From the NCBI GenBank assembly GCA_029858505.1, contig JAOUEW010000004.1:2520-66519 (forward strand): 64,000 nt of DNA, written 5' to 3'. Below, one piece after another: positions 18,641-28,282 of this stretch (position 1 is its first letter; every line of letters begins with the position of its first letter). A program made the translations under genes and the position numbers. Below the pieces are notes generated by a model. It was given only the letters and a program-made list of their open reading frames with translations. It was not told the DNA's origin and did not search any database. The DNA comes from Deltaproteobacteria bacterium (GTDB taxonomy: Bacteria; SAR324; JACQKK01).

Positions 18641-19672
18641 TTACCCCTGGGGTTTGGAGATTTTGCGGGCCTGGTGCACCGCCAGGGTGTAATAGGTGTT
18701 GGCCGTGCGGTGGAGTTCCACCTGGGTTTCGTGGTCTTTTTCTTGGTTCAGGGCGGCGGCCCGCTCGCAGCAGGCCAGGGCCAGCCGCATGGCTTGCAGG
18801 GTTTGGTAAGGGGCCAGCATGACGGGCAGGTCCCGGTCTTTGCGGGCGGTTTGGTAGCGCTTTAAAAACACCTCTCCCAGGTCATCCCGCTTGCGCAGGT
18901 GCAAGTCGTTCAAAAACAAAGCCACATCGCCCGCTTGATCGAGCAGGCGGTATTTTCGCTGACCCAACAGGGGCGAAAAGGCGGAGATGTCTTTGCCCTT
19001 CAAAAACAGGTGTTCCGGCAGAAAGGCCCCGTGGCCTTCCACGATCATCCCCTTTTTTTGCCGCTTGACGAACAATTTGCGGAAATCATCCACAAAGTGC
19101 TCCATGGGGCGGGAGATCATTTCGATCATGGGTTGGGTAAGGGCCTTGTCGATGTATTTTTTCGACTGATAGGCCACCTCTTCAAACAGTTCCCGGAAGT
19201 GTTCGGGGCGGCCAGCTTCGGCGGTGTCACGCTCGGAGGCCGGGTGGGCTTCATGGCGGCCGGCCAAAAAGCGGGCCACCCGCCCCATCAGGGTGGGGGT
19301 CACCTTGTTGTTGGCCAGCTCGTAGTCCATCCAGTAATGAGACGACAACTGGTCCATGACCAGGGCGTATTCCACCAGTTCGCCTTCTCCTCCCAGGGCA
19401 TAGCCCCCCGGGGTTTTCACGATTTTCACCACGTCTCGCACGTGGGCTTCGGCCCATTGGCGGCCCAGGGTTAGGCCCTCGGCGCAGTACAATTCTTTCA
19501 GGGCCAAGTTGGCAAACACCGGGCTGGCCTTCTTGATTTTGTAAACGGCATCCCCGGTGCGATACAGGTAAGCGTGGGGGGTTTCTTCAAATTTGATGCG
19601 CCGGGGAGCCGAGGGATAGGCCGCCTGGTCCATCATGTGCTTGTGATATTCGGGATAGTCTTTTTTCGCCAT
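18641..19672 (-). CDS. COG2187-like aminoglycoside-phosphotransferase-fold protein with degenerate catalytic motifs
   Basis: ETPHAYLYRTGDAVYKIKK, EYALVM, HGAFLPEH, RLLDQAGDVALF; no C-terminal AAA/kinase domain. Confidence 0.7.
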   Translation of the reverse strand: MAKKDYPEYHKHMMDQAAYPSAPRRIKFEETPHAYLYRTGDAVYKIKKASPVFANLALKELYCAEGLTLGRQWAEAHVRDVVKIVKTPGGYALGGEGELVEYALVMDQLSSHYWMDYELANNKVTPTLMGRVARFLAGRHEAHPASERDTAEAGRPEHFRELFEEVAYQSKKYIDKALTQPMIEMISRPMEHFVDDFRKLFVKRQKKGMIVEGHGAFLPEHLFLKGKDISAFSPLLGQRKYRLLDQAGDVALFLNDLHLRKRDDLGEVFLKRYQTARKDRDLPVMLAPYQTLQAMRLALACCERAAALNQEKDHETQVELHRTANTYYTLAVHQARKISKPQG

Positions 19673-19940
19673 GATTCCCTCGGAGAAACAACGAAGACCA
19701 GGAGGATGCCAGACAATACCCACCCTTCCCGGTGCCCCATGGACGGAACCGGGGGGTTCCAGGGGGTTTTTGTTGAACAAATCTGATTTTATTCTTACCC
19801 CGTTTTGGGGAAAACCGCCAGCCAGTGGGCTACGAATGGTGATCCATGGGCGGTGAGCGGAGGGGGGTGAACCTGGGGGGAGCCTGTCAGCCCGCTGAAC
19901 TCCCCGCCGGATGGCCGAGCCTTTGCATCGCCCAGGGGCG

Positions 19941-20426
19941 TTACCACAGGGGCAAACCTGGAGCGATGCCAGCGGGGATGAAGTCTAGCCCCCACACCCG
20001 GCCCGCCCGGGCCATGATGAAGGCCACGCAGGCCACCGCCAGGGCAAAGTACAACCCCTGGGGGCCCAGGCCGTAATGAACCTCCAACAGCATGAAAAAC
20101 AGGGCGTAGGGAATCATCAGCAGGGAAATCAAGGGGGTGAGCAGCCCCAAAAACAGCAGCGCCCCGGCGGCCAGTTCCAGCACAGAAGTGTAATTCACAA
20201 ACAGTTCTTTATGGGGAAGCACTTGGCTTTGAACGAAGGACACAAACCAAGGATAGGGGTGCTTGGACAGATACAGGGTAAACAGGCGGTCCATTTCTCT
20301 GTGCCAATGGCCCCCCGCTTGAGGAAAATGGGCCAAGTCGATATGCGCCAGCCCCAATTTGAGAAACCAGACCCCTAAGGCGATGCGCAGCAGAGAAAGC
20401 CCCTTCAAAGCGTTGTCGTTGTCCAT
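19941..20426 (-). CDS. DoxX-family membrane protein
   Basis: LLRIALG, ELAAGALLFLGLLT, AGRVWGLD. Confidence 0.85.
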   Translation of the reverse strand: MDNDNALKGLSLLRIALGVWFLKLGLAHIDLAHFPQAGGHWHREMDRLFTLYLSKHPYPWFVSFVQSQVLPHKELFVNYTSVLELAAGALLFLGLLTPLISLLMIPYALFFMLLEVHYGLGPQGLYFALAVACVAFIMARAGRVWGLDFIPAGIAPGLPLW

Positions 20427-20535
20427 GGCAAAAGCCTCCGGCAGGAAGGGTGGGAGAAAGCCCCCGTTCCGTGGAGGCTCTCTATTCCCTATATACCGGC
20501 GCCATGCCTCGCAATGCAATGGGGGAACAGAAAGA

Positions 20536-20565
20536 TTGAAAAAAAATGCTTTTTGACGTTATAAT
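20536..20565 (+). promoter_or_regulatory. Putative sigma70 promoter for rpoD
   Basis: TTGAAA-N18-TATAAT in the AT-rich divergent intergenic region. Confidence 0.5.
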
Positions 20566-20741
20566 GATAGAACGGCTTACAATATACGTATAAAACAGGC
20601 GGAAATCCCCCCTGTGACCAGTTGCATGGCCATGTGACGATGGCTTTTGTGCGCCCATGTCTTTGCTCGCTTACCTGTGAACGCCCAGGCAATCCTGGCC
20701 GCAGCTTTTCGCATACCACCCTTCAAGGGAAATGATCATCC

Positions 20742-22598
20742 ATGACCGCTAAAAAAACCGCCAAGCCCCAAGCCAAAAAAACCGCCGCCGCGCCCGCCAA
20801 AATTGAAAAAGAAAAAGAACCCGTGAAAACCGATGCCGAGCCGCTGGATGAAGCGGGCGAGCGCAGCCGCGTGATTAAAAACCTGATTGCCACGGGGAAG
20901 GAAAAAGGGTTTTTAACCATTGATGAAATCAACGACGCCATCCCCAGCTCTGAAACCTCCAGCGAGCAGCTGGACGAAATCTTCGCGGTGTTGTCCGAGA
21001 TGAGCATTGAGGTGATGGATGCCGCCGGCAACCCCAACGTGCCGAAGACCGTGGCGGCCAATGGCGAAGAAGAAGAAGCCGCCGAAGAGCTGGACCTGGA
21101 ACCCCTGGCCGACACCCGCACCGACGACCCCGTGCGCATGTATTTGCGGGAAATGGGCCACATCAAACTTCTGACCCGGGAGGAAGAAGTCGAAATCTCC
21201 AAACGGATTGAAGAGGGCCAGCGGGAGATGATCGAGGTGCTGTCTCGTTCTCCCTTGGTGGTGCGCTATCTGCTGTCGCTGGGGGCCCGCCTGCACGTGG
21301 GCAAGGTGAAGGTGCAAGAAATCGTGTCGGGGATGGACGAGGACGACAACGTGATTGAGGAAGAAGGCGTGGCGGTGGCCAAGGTGCTGGATTCCATCAT
21401 GCAGGCCGCCACCCTGTGGAACAAAATGGAAAAAGCCAAGGCCCGCAAAGTGAAAGGGGCCAACGCTGGCAGTCAAATCGCCGACATGCGCCGGAAACTG
21501 TCTGAGGTCATTCAAAGCATCAACTTCAACTCTCGGCAGGTCAGTTCCATGTGCCAGGTGATTTTGCAGCACCGCGACAAACTGAACCTGACCACCAAGC
21601 AGCTGGCCCGCTATCAAAAAGAGCTGGGGGGCGAACCGGCCAAGGTGGAAGATTGGATCATGAAATGGCTGAAGGCCAAAGACACCCGCCGCAAAGAAGA
21701 AATGGCCGCCAAGCTGCGCCAAGAAACCGGCCACGAGGCGCGCATTGCCCGCCGCATTCTGGAAAAACTGCGGGTGAGCCAGCAGCGGGTGGACCGGCTG
21801 GTGTCTCAAAGCGAAATGAGCCGCGCAGAGTTTGAATCGGAAATCAAGCAGCTCACCACCTCGGAGCGCAAGGTGAAGCGGGCCAAAAGCCAGCTGACCG
21901 AAGCCAACCTGCGGCTGGTGATTTCCATCGCCAAAAAATACACCAACCGCGGCCTGCAGTTTTTGGACTTGATTCAAGAGGGCAACATTGGCCTGATGAA
22001 GGCGGTGGACAAGTTTGAATACCGCCGGGGCTACAAGTTTTCAACCTACGCCACTTGGTGGATTCGCCAGGCCATTACCCGGGCCATTGCAGACCAAGGC
22101 CGCACCATTCGGGTGCCGGTGCACATGATTGAAACCATGAACAAGCTGCTGCGCACCAGCCGCCACTTGGTTCAAGAACTGGGCCGGGAACCCACCCCAG
22201 AGGAAATCGCCCGCATTTTGGACTTGCCCCTGGACAAAGTGCGTAAGGTGTTCCAAATCGCCAAAGAGCCCACCTCGCTGGAAACCCCCATTGGGGAAGA
22301 GGAAGACTCTCACCTGGGAGATTTCATTCCGGACCTGAAGGTGGCCATGCCCGACGACAACACCATGCGCTCCAACTTGGTTGAAACCACCCGCTCGGTG
22401 TTGTCTTCTCTCACCCCCCGCGAGGAGAAAGTTCTCAAAATGCGCTTTGGCATTGGCGAGCGCCGCGACCACACCCTGGAGGAAATCGGCCAAGACTTCG
22501 ACGTGACCCGCGAGCGCATTCGGCAGATTGAAGCCAAGGCTTTGCGTAAGCTGCGGCACCCCACCCGCTCCAAAATGCTGAAAAGCTTTTACCAGTAA
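20742..22598 (+). CDS. rpoD: RNA polymerase primary sigma factor
   Basis: Region 1.1, [57 protein letters not shown]. Confidence 0.98.
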   Translation: MTAKKTAKPQAKKTAAAPAKIEKEKEPVKTDAEPLDEAGERSRVIKNLIATGKEKGFLTIDEINDAIPSSETSSEQLDEIFAVLSEMSIEVMDAAGNPNVPKTVAANGEEEEAAEELDLEPLADTRTDDPVRMYLREMGHIKLLTREEEVEISKRIEEGQREMIEVLSRSPLVVRYLLSLGARLHVGKVKVQEIVSGMDEDDNVIEEEGVAVAKVLDSIMQAATLWNKMEKAKARKVKGANAGSQIADMRRKLSEVIQSINFNSRQVSSMCQVILQHRDKLNLTTKQLARYQKELGGEPAKVEDWIMKWLKAKDTRRKEEMAAKLRQETGHEARIARRILEKLRVSQQRVDRLVSQSEMSRAEFESEIKQLTTSERKVKRAKSQLTEANLRLVISIAKKYTNRGLQFLDLIQEGNIGLMKAVDKFEYRRGYKFSTYATWWIRQAITRAIADQGRTIRVPVHMIETMNKLLRTSRHLVQELGREPTPEEIARILDLPLDKVRKVFQIAKEPTSLETPIGEEEDSHLGDFIPDLKVAMPDDNTMRSNLVETTRSVLSSLTPREEKVLKMRFGIGERRDHTLEEIGQDFDVTRERIRQIEAKALRKLRHPTRSKMLKSFYQ

Positions 22599-22826
22599 AG
22601 CGGGTGGTGAACGGGTGGTGTTCGATGGCTCGGCAAGCGAAACCCTCCCGTTCTTCATGTTCCCGATGGTTTCTTCGTTTTCTGACGCCCTCTCTTTCCG
22701 CCACGGGAAGGGGGGGCGTTGTTCATTGAGTTGGGGCCGAATTTCTGCTATTCTTTCTGCGGATGAATTCATAAAAAGAATCGCTGGTTTCCGTTCACGC
22801 AGGCGCAACTCACGCGGGTGTGGTTC

Positions 22827-23069
22827 ATGCGGGTGAAGGTCCAACTGTTTGCGTTTCTGCGGGAGGCGTTGGGAGACGCGGTGGAGCTGGAAGTGCCCGA
22901 ACCGGTGACGGCGGGAAAACTGAAACAGGCGTTCTTGGTTCGCTACCCCCAATATCAACCAGCGGCCGCCAGTTTGCGGGTGGCGGTGGATCACGAATTT
23001 GCCGGGGAGGACACGCCCCTGGGCCCAAACAGTGAAACCGCCCTGCTGCCGCCAGTCACGGGAGGGTAA
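22827..23069 (+). CDS. moaD: Molybdopterin synthase sulfur carrier subunit
   Basis: VKVQLFAFLRE...LLPPVTGG with C-terminal GG; next to moaE. Confidence 0.9.
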   Translation: MRVKVQLFAFLREALGDAVELEVPEPVTAGKLKQAFLVRYPQYQPAAASLRVAVDHEFAGEDTPLGPNSETALLPPVTGG

Positions 23070-23089
23070 CGGTAACGGTAAGGGTAAAA

Positions 23090-23167
23090 GGGGAGTGGGA
23101 GTCGGGGGGAGTAGGGGGAATTAGGGGGGAATATGGGGAGATGTTGGAGTTTATGGGAGTACAGGGG
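23090..23167 (+). repeat. G-tract degenerate ~10-bp tandem repeat (G-quadruplex-forming motif)
   Basis: GGGGAGTGGGAGTCGGGGGGAGTAGGGGGAATTAGGGGGGAATATGGGG. Confidence 0.7.
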
Positions 23168-23230
23168 GCGAAGCCCCCAGGAAAATCATGTTCTTGAACG
23201 GTCTGCACAAACCACAGGATCACACAAAAG

Positions 23231-23662
23231 ATGGCCGGACGGCTGACCTATGACCCCATCCGAGTCGAAGACCTGACCGGAATCGTCTCCTCGGAGGAAG
23301 CCGGGGCGGTGGCGGTGTTTCTGGGGGTGGTGAGGAACCACGCCGCGGGCAAACAAGGCGAACGAAAAGAAGTGACCCATTTGGAATACCAAGCCTACCC
23401 CGAAATGGCCCTGGCCCAAATGGATAAAATCGAGCGGCAAGCCATGCAACGCTGGCGCCTGGAAGCCCTTCAGGTAACCCACCGGCTGGGGCGGTTGAGT
23501 GTGGGAGAGGCCAGCGTGGCCATCGCCGTGTCGTCGGCCCATCGGGCCGAAGCCATGGAAGCCTGCCGGTTTGTGATTGAAGAATTAAAAAAATCCGTTC
23601 CCATCTGGAAGAAAGAGTTTTTTCGCGATGGGTCGGTGTGGGTAGACTCCGGACAGGGATAA
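23231..23662 (+). CDS. moaE: Molybdopterin synthase catalytic subunit
   Basis: GAVAVFLGVVRN, LEYQAY, HRLG, SAHR, VPIWKKE. Confidence 0.95.
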   Translation: MAGRLTYDPIRVEDLTGIVSSEEAGAVAVFLGVVRNHAAGKQGERKEVTHLEYQAYPEMALAQMDKIERQAMQRWRLEALQVTHRLGRLSVGEASVAIAVSSAHRAEAMEACRFVIEELKKSVPIWKKEFFRDGSVWVDSGQG

Positions 23663-23864
23663 GGGAAGGACCCGGTTCGTCAATGCTTCTTGGTAAGGGT
23701 CAGCAGGGACCAGGGGGTGGTGAGGGGCTTGAGGCGTTGGGATTTTGAAGGACTTAGGAGAGTTTTGGGGGAGTTGTCGGCAGGCGCTTCAGGGCAGGGG
23801 CATTCATGGTCGTTCCAAACCACACGTTTCCAAACGTTATTCCCTCTAAGGATCAAAATCCACT

Positions 23865-24149
23865 ATGAGCCTCGAACAAACCGGTGCCCACCAGCGCCAA
23901 GAATCCCGGGAAGAAGTAAACCACATTTGCAACTATACCACCAAGCAGGTTTCTACTCCGGGAAACCTGATTGACATCACACCCACCGGGGCCGGAATGG
24001 AGTGCTCGGTGCCTTTTCATCCGGGAGAGTCGGGGGACCTGGAGGTAACCGTGATGCACCTTCGGGTGCTGGCCGAGGTGAAATGGTGCCTGCCCTTCCG
24101 TGATAAATACCGGGTGGGTCTGGCGTTTCTGCACGTGTACGAAGATTGA
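23865..24149 (+). CDS. Stand-alone PilZ domain protein
   Basis: RxxxR (RQESR), DITPTG, AEVKW and VGLAF; AAGGA RBS. Confidence 0.75.
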   Translation: MSLEQTGAHQRQESREEVNHICNYTTKQVSTPGNLIDITPTGAGMECSVPFHPGESGDLEVTVMHLRVLAEVKWCLPFRDKYRVGLAFLHVYED

Positions 24150-24165
24150 AAACAAAGAGGAAGAA

Positions 24166-24786
24166 CTAACGGGCCTTGGCCAACTGGCTGCGAATGTATC
24201 GCTTGACCAGGGGGTCGTTCCAGCGGCGGGGCCCCAGGGCCGAACCCAACATCATCATGTCTGGCCCAATTAAAATCGTCCGGGGAATTCCATCCACCCG
24301 GTACAATTTGCTCACCAACAGCTGCTCATCCAGCAGCACGGGAAAGGTCAACCCGTTTTCTTTTAAATACTTCACCACTTTGTCCGGCTTGTCATCCCCC
24401 GAAATTCCCAGCACCACCACGTTTTCCCCTTCCATGGCCGTGGCCAGTTGTTGCAGCTCTGGCATTTCGGCTTTGCAGGGCTCGCACCAAGTGGCCCAAA
24501 AATTCAGCACGATGAACTTTCCCCGGTAGTCGTACAGGTTGGGTTTGCTTTTGTTGATGGGGGTGCCGGAGAAATCAATGGCCTCATAGGGGAAGTTGGC
24601 TTTTTTCACCCGCATTTGGCGAAAGAACTGCTCGTCTTCGTCGTGGCTGCCTTCGTGGGTTAGCTTAAAAACCAAGAACACCCCGAAGGCGGTCAGCATC
24701 AACAGGGCCGCCCCCAGCAGCACCAGGGTTTGCAGGGCGGTGTGGCCGCGGGTCAGCCGGTAGCGAAGGGTGGAAAACAAGCTCAT
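24166..24786 (-). CDS. TlpA/ResA-family membrane-anchored disulfide reductase
   Basis: LNFWATWCEPCKAEMP, N-terminal TM, GPRRW. Confidence 0.9.
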   Translation of the reverse strand: MSLFSTLRYRLTRGHTALQTLVLLGAALLMLTAFGVFLVFKLTHEGSHDEDEQFFRQMRVKKANFPYEAIDFSGTPINKSKPNLYDYRGKFIVLNFWATWCEPCKAEMPELQQLATAMEGENVVVLGISGDDKPDKVVKYLKENGLTFPVLLDEQLLVSKLYRVDGIPRTILIGPDMMMLGSALGPRRWNDPLVKRYIRSQLAKAR

Positions 24787-24801
24787 GGCACACAAACGGG
24801 T

Positions 24802-26256
24802 TTAGGGTGAGGCGGGAGAATTCCGGGGCGAAAGTTCCGCCCGCTGCACCAGGGCGCGGAAGCGTTCTCCCCGCACTTTGTAATTGGGGAACATGTCAAA
24901 ACTGGCACAGGCGGGGCTGAACAGCAACACGCCGGGTTGGTGGTTCAGGGCTTCCAGGGCCAAGTCAAAAGCCTGCTCTAGCCCAGGGGCCCGCAGCATG
25001 GGGGGGGGGTTCCGCCCCAGGCGGCGGGCGGAGTTTTCCAGTTCGTTCATCATCCGTTCCGCGGTTTGGCCCATAAACACCGCCCGCCGCAGGGTGGGGT
25101 GTTCCGCCAGCACGGCCATCAGTTCGGAAAAATCGGCGTTTTTTTCCGAGCCCCCCAAAATCATGGCCAGGGGTTGGCCAAAAGAACGGGCGGCGGCCAG
25201 GGCCGCGTCGGGGCGGGTAGCGTAGGAATCGTTGTAACACACCGCTCCGTTCACCACTCCGGCCCGTTCCAGCCGGTGGGGCAGGCCGGGGAATTGGGCG
25301 ATGGCCTTCAAGGCCCGCTCGCCATCGGCCCCCAGGGCCATGGCGGCCAGCCAAGCGGCGGCGGCGTTCTCGCGGTTAAAGTCTCCCGGCATGGCCAAAT
25401 GGCTCAGGGCCGCCAGGGGCTGGGGGCTGTGGCCCTCCGCAAAGTGGGCCAGCAGGTTGTCGGGTGTGTTTTCCCAAAGGCCCACCCCGGCCTTCACTGG
25501 ACCGGTCAGGCTAACCGCCAGGGCGGACCCGCGCCAACCCTGGGCCAACGCTCGGCTGCCCGGGCTGTCTTGGCAGAAAATCAGGGTTTGGGCGGAGGGG
25601 TCTTCGCCCAGCAGGCGGCCCTTGGCGGCCAGGTACTCGGCTTGGTCCAGGTGCCAGTTCAGGTGTTCCGAAGAGGTTCGCAGAATCACGGCCACTTCGG
25701 GGCGGCGGCCCTCCAGGTCCATCAATTGAAAGCTCGACAGTTCCAGCACCGCCACCGGAACGGGAGATTGGTCGGACAACTCGGTGAGGAAGCGCAGGGG
25801 GTTCTGGCCAATGTTCCCCCCCGCCAGGGCGGGAATGCCCGCGGCTTCCAGGGCCAGTTGCAGCAGGGTGGTGGCGGTGCCCTTGCCCACCGTGCCGGTG
25901 ATGCCCGCCACCTTGCCCGGCCAAGCCTCCAAAAACAGGCGGGTGGCGGTGGTGACCCGCGCACCGGCCCGCCGGGCCTCTGCCAGCCCTGGGGTGTCGG
26001 GGCGAATGCCAGGAGAGCGGATGACCGTGGCGCATTCCTTGGCCTGGTTCAAATAGTCTGGCCCGAAAAAAAACGGCAGGTGATTCCAGGGGTCCTGGGG
26101 GTCAAACCCCGCCTTGTCCCGGTCCATCACCCGGAGGTCGCGGATTCCCCGTTCCCACAGGTATTCCACCGTGGCCCGACCTTCAACCCCGTAGCCTGCC
26201 ACCCCCACCGGTTCGGTCAGGCGGATAGTTTCGCTGGATGCTCCCCGTTGCGCCAT
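24802..26256 (-). CDS. murD: UDP-N-acetylmuramoyl-L-alanine--D-glutamate ligase
   Basis: RSPGI, GITGTVGKGT, LELSSFQL, HRLE, YNDS, SPACASFDMF. Confidence 0.93.
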   Translation of the reverse strand: MAQRGASSETIRLTEPVGVAGYGVEGRATVEYLWERGIRDLRVMDRDKAGFDPQDPWNHLPFFFGPDYLNQAKECATVIRSPGIRPDTPGLAEARRAGARVTTATRLFLEAWPGKVAGITGTVGKGTATTLLQLALEAAGIPALAGGNIGQNPLRFLTELSDQSPVPVAVLELSSFQLMDLEGRRPEVAVILRTSSEHLNWHLDQAEYLAAKGRLLGEDPSAQTLIFCQDSPGSRALAQGWRGSALAVSLTGPVKAGVGLWENTPDNLLAHFAEGHSPQPLAALSHLAMPGDFNRENAAAAWLAAMALGADGERALKAIAQFPGLPHRLERAGVVNGAVCYNDSYATRPDAALAAARSFGQPLAMILGGSEKNADFSELMAVLAEHPTLRRAVFMGQTAERMMNELENSARRLGRNPPPMLRAPGLEQAFDLALEALNHQPGVLLFSPACASFDMFPNYKVRGERFRALVQRAELSPRNSPASP

Positions 26257-26276
26257 GTTTCCGTCAAGAATATAAT
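26248..26276 (+). promoter_or_regulatory. Putative sigma70 promoter for trxA overlapping the murD start
   Basis: TTGCGC-N17-TATAAT. Confidence 0.5.
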
Positions 26277-26379
26277 GAAAAAAATGGATGCGGTGATGGA
26301 TGGCATCCAGGCTAACCTATTCATTTCGGGTTGGGTATTCACCCCCCCGCTTCCATTCCCATCTTTCCCAAGGAACCCC

Positions 26380-26700
26380 ATGGCCAGCAGCAAAATTGTG
26401 CATCTCAGCGAAGACACCTTCGATCAGGGCGTGAAAACCGGGCTGACCCTGGTGGATTTTTGGGCCGAGTGGTGCGGACCCTGCTTGGCCCTGAACCCCA
26501 CCATTGATGAAATTGCCGAAAAATACGATGGCAAGGTGCGGGTGGCCAAGGTGAACATTGACCAAAACCCCTCCATCCCCATGAAGTTTGGGGTGCGGGG
26601 AATTCCCACCCTGATTTTGCTGAAAGACGGCCAACAAAAAGACATGTTCGTGGGCAACGCCCCGGCCAAAATTAAAGAAATGGTGGAGCGGGCCGTTTAA
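26380..26700 (+). CDS. trxA: Thioredoxin
   Basis: VDFWAEWCGPC; true start MASSKIV at 26380. Confidence 0.95.
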   Translation: MASSKIVHLSEDTFDQGVKTGLTLVDFWAEWCGPCLALNPTIDEIAEKYDGKVRVAKVNIDQNPSIPMKFGVRGIPTLILLKDGQQKDMFVGNAPAKIKEMVERAV

Positions 26701-26716
26701 CCCGGCTGCCAATGCC

Positions 26717-27553
26717 ATGCACAAATACGTGATGGTGGTGGCCTATCAGGGCAGCGGGTACATGGGCTGGCAGGTGCAGTCTCACGGCCCATCGGTTTGT
26801 GGTGCCCTGCAGGCCGCCCTGGCCACCATCACCCGCCAGCCAGTGAAGCTGCATGGTTCTGGCCGCACCGATGCGGGGGTGCATGCCCTGAACCAAGTGG
26901 CCCACGTTGAACTCACCCATCCGGTGGACCCACGCCGCCTGCGGCAGTCTTTAAACGCTCTGGCGGGGGAGGGCATCGCCGTCAAGCGCATTCTGCCGGT
27001 TTCTCGCCATTTTCACGCCCGCCACAGTGCCCTGGGCAAAACCTATCGTTATCTTGTTCACAATCGGCCCTGGCCGCCGGTGTTTTCTCCCACGGCCTGT
27101 CATTGGGTTTCTCGCCCGTTGAACATGGGGGCCATGCAGGCCGCGGCGGCCTATTTGCTGGGCACCCACGATTTCTCATCGTTCCGGGCGGCAGGCTGCG
27201 TGGCCCATTCTCCGGTGCGCCACATGCGGCGGGTTTCGGTGGAAAAACACCCCGACAACGATACCCTGGTGCTGGAATTTGAGGGGAGCGGATTTTTGCA
27301 GCATATGTCCCGCATTTTGGCGGGGACCCTGCTGGAGGTGGGGATGGAAAAGCGCGAGCCGGAGGACATTCCGGCCATTTTGGCCGCCCGGCAGCGGGAG
27401 CGGGCTGGCATTACCGCGCCAGCGGAGGGGTTGTATTTGGCGCGGGTGTTTTATGATACCGACATCTTTCCTGAACTGCTGGCGTTGGAGGATTTGTTTG
27501 GCCCGCCGGGGGCTCCGGCCCAGCCCTGGCCGCCGCGGCAGCCCCACGCGTAA
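26717..27553 (+). CDS. truA: tRNA pseudouridine(38-40) synthase
   Basis: GWQ, SGRTDAGVHA, FHAR, GTHDFSSF, FLQHM.R. Confidence 0.95.
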   Translation: MHKYVMVVAYQGSGYMGWQVQSHGPSVCGALQAALATITRQPVKLHGSGRTDAGVHALNQVAHVELTHPVDPRRLRQSLNALAGEGIAVKRILPVSRHFHARHSALGKTYRYLVHNRPWPPVFSPTACHWVSRPLNMGAMQAAAAYLLGTHDFSSFRAAGCVAHSPVRHMRRVSVEKHPDNDTLVLEFEGSGFLQHMSRILAGTLLEVGMEKREPEDIPAILAARQRERAGITAPAEGLYLARVFYDTDIFPELLALEDLFGPPGAPAQPWPPRQPHA

Positions 27554-27581
27554 CCCAATTTCTTCGCCAGATTATTTCCAA

Positions 27582-27612
27582 CAAAAAGCCCCCTGATTTT
27601 GGATCAGGAGGC
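27582..27612 (-). terminator. Intrinsic terminator of the minus-strand small-protein unit
   Basis: GCCTCCTGAT-CCAAA-ATCAGGGGGC-TTTTT on the minus strand. Confidence 0.6.
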
Positions 27613-27771
27613 GGATTCATCATTCTTCTTTTCTTCGCTTCTATTTTAGCTTCTATTTCTTTCCGGCATATCGAATATCCTCCCAACGTTGATTCCCGGC
27701 CCGGCCCTTCGAATTCCTCCCGATTCCACACTCCCGGATGGTTGAATCATCCTGCGCCATGCTGGGACCGG

Positions 27772-27930
27772 TTAAAATCCGGGATTCCGCTTCATGTATC
27801 GCTCAATTTCTTGATTCAACTTTTCAATTTCAGTTTCTACCGAGGCCCGAACGGCTTTGGTGGCGGCGGTTTCGGTGAGGGTGTTTTTCAACTGGGTCCG
27901 GCGGGCAAGCAATTCAGGTAAACGTTTCAT
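27772..27930 (-). CDS. Small coiled-coil protein (52 aa)
   Basis: MKRLPELLARRTQLK...ETEIEKLNQEIERYMKRNPGF; GAAAGG RBS, own promoter and terminator. Confidence 0.6.
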   Translation of the reverse strand: MKRLPELLARRTQLKNTLTETAATKAVRASVETEIEKLNQEIERYMKRNPGF

Positions 27931-28065
27931 GTGGTTCTGCCTTTCTTTGCAAGTCATGCATTCGCAAGAACGCAAGAAGCGAACGAAACCCGCGGGCTGT
28001 CCGGAAAACCAAGCGGACAAATTCTCGGTGACGAATCCCGCTGGAGAATTTGATAAACAATTGAT

Positions 28066-28094
28066 ACCATAACACAATAAAAAACAGATGTCAA
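28066..28094 (-). promoter_or_regulatory. Strong sigma70-like promoter
   Basis: TTGACA-N17-TATGGT with TG extended -10, minus strand. Confidence 0.65.
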
Positions 28095-28282
28095 ATGAAC
28101 CCCCAGGAGCAGGGTTTTTTGGACTCCCCCAGGGATTTGCGGCCGGGTTGGGTCAAAACCCATGCCAAAAAATTCAGGCTCCGCATCTCCAAGCGGTTTC
28201 CGGAAGGTTGGGTATGGAAAATATTTTGGGGTGAGCAGGGCTTTTGTGAGACAATAAGCCAACTTAAACCTAGGAAACCGCT

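Noticed and set aside
22599-22826. Moco riboswitch before moaD, or a tRNA after rpoD
   Set aside because: No recognisable consensus; only a GC-rich hairpin at about 22686-22720.
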